From: an uncultured virus (IMG/VR IMGVR_UViG_2841800567_000010)
Lineage: Duplodnaviria; Heunggongvirae; Uroviricota; Caudoviricetes
IMG/VR virus record: IMGVR_UViG_2841800567_000010
Direction: 5' to 3' (one strand)
Length of the DNA stretch: 64,000 nt
Part shown: piece by piece, positions 63,320 through 64,000 of the stretch
How the letters are laid out: every line of letters starts with the position of its first letter
How positions within the stretch are numbered: position 1 is the first letter of the stretch
Made by a program: the position numbers and the translations under genes
The notes under the pieces: generated by a model
Database searches by the model: none
Told to the model about the DNA's origin: nothing
The model's input: the letters and a program-made list of their open reading frames with translations, nothing else

Positions 63320-63872
63320 TATTCAGCCCTCACCCTGTAAACGTTCATAACTTACTGATTTTGATTAATTCCGTCTAATCGTCGGAATCACCAGCCCACA
63401 CCCATACTCAGTCTGCCCCCCTGCCAGTTATTTCGCGCATTGTTCAGCCCTCATCATTTCTCATCAAAACGTTTCAACCCGCCCCCTGCATTAAACACTA
63501 ATCGATTGAATTTGCTTAAATGCGGTATTTCACCGTGTTCACCAGCTCACATCCTGAACCCGGTTCGCATATTAAAAGTTCGCACTGGGGTTCGCACCAG
63601 AAACATCCTCAAAATCGCGCAGCAGAAAAACAGGCATTTGCTAACCTTTACCTTAATCCCCGGTACGCAAACACGAAGTACGCACTCTGGTACGCACCGG
63701 AAATACGGTCAGCGGAGTGACAGAGGCAACGATTTAAAATTGTTATCCCCACAGCCCAGGAATCTGCAAAAAATTACGTGCAGAGAGGGCGCAGCGTTTA
63801 CACTCCGGCCCACCAGCACGTATTATGCACTGTGAAGACCACAACGGACGATAACACAAGGATTGTATTAAT

Positions 63873-64000
63873 ATGACCGCACTACAGCTCCCGTGCATCA
63901 TATTTAAAACCCAAAAATGGATGGACGACTACGGCGCCAGCGATATGCGCGGCGGGGATTTAACCAAAGCACAGTTAAAATCACAGTACCGGCTGGTGGA
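63873..64000 (+). CDS. DUF3289/YPO3983-family protein, 5' part
   Basis: MTALQLPCIIFKTQKWMDDYGASDMRGGDL, paralogue of the gene starting at 17798. Confidence 0.85.
   Translation, partial: MTALQLPCIIFKTQKWMDDYGASDMRGGDLTKAQLKSQYRLV

Overview
Enterobacterial chromosome segment (Erwiniaceae-like, heavily pseudogenised) around fadI'-yfcZ-fadL-mlaA and tRNA-Arg(CCT, argW, 22496-22570). The tRNA is a triple integration hotspot. (1) A decayed lambdoid prophage (about 8738-22516) integrated at the tRNA 5' end. Its attL is split by an IS5 element and it also carries IS91, IS3, IS481 and IS256 copies. (2) A nearly intact P22/Sf6/HK620-like podoprophage (22557-60425) integrated at the 3' end. It has complete head, tail, lysis, replication and immunity modules and a P22-like pac site. 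However, its TorI-type excisionase is truncated and fused to attR, and attR has no integrase arm sites. It may therefore be unable to excise while still able to package DNA in situ (lateral-transduction or GTA-like; this is inference). (3) A P4-type integrase remnant, followed by IS200 and a second copy of a Q / DUF3289 module. Other points of note: a C5-methyltransferase with a second subunit encoded in an overlapping frame, a c4-type antisense RNA upstream of a BRO antirepressor, a Dec/Ig head-decoration cassette, and two apparently identical IS91 copies that share a nonsense codon. Family assignments come from motif recognition, not database searches.
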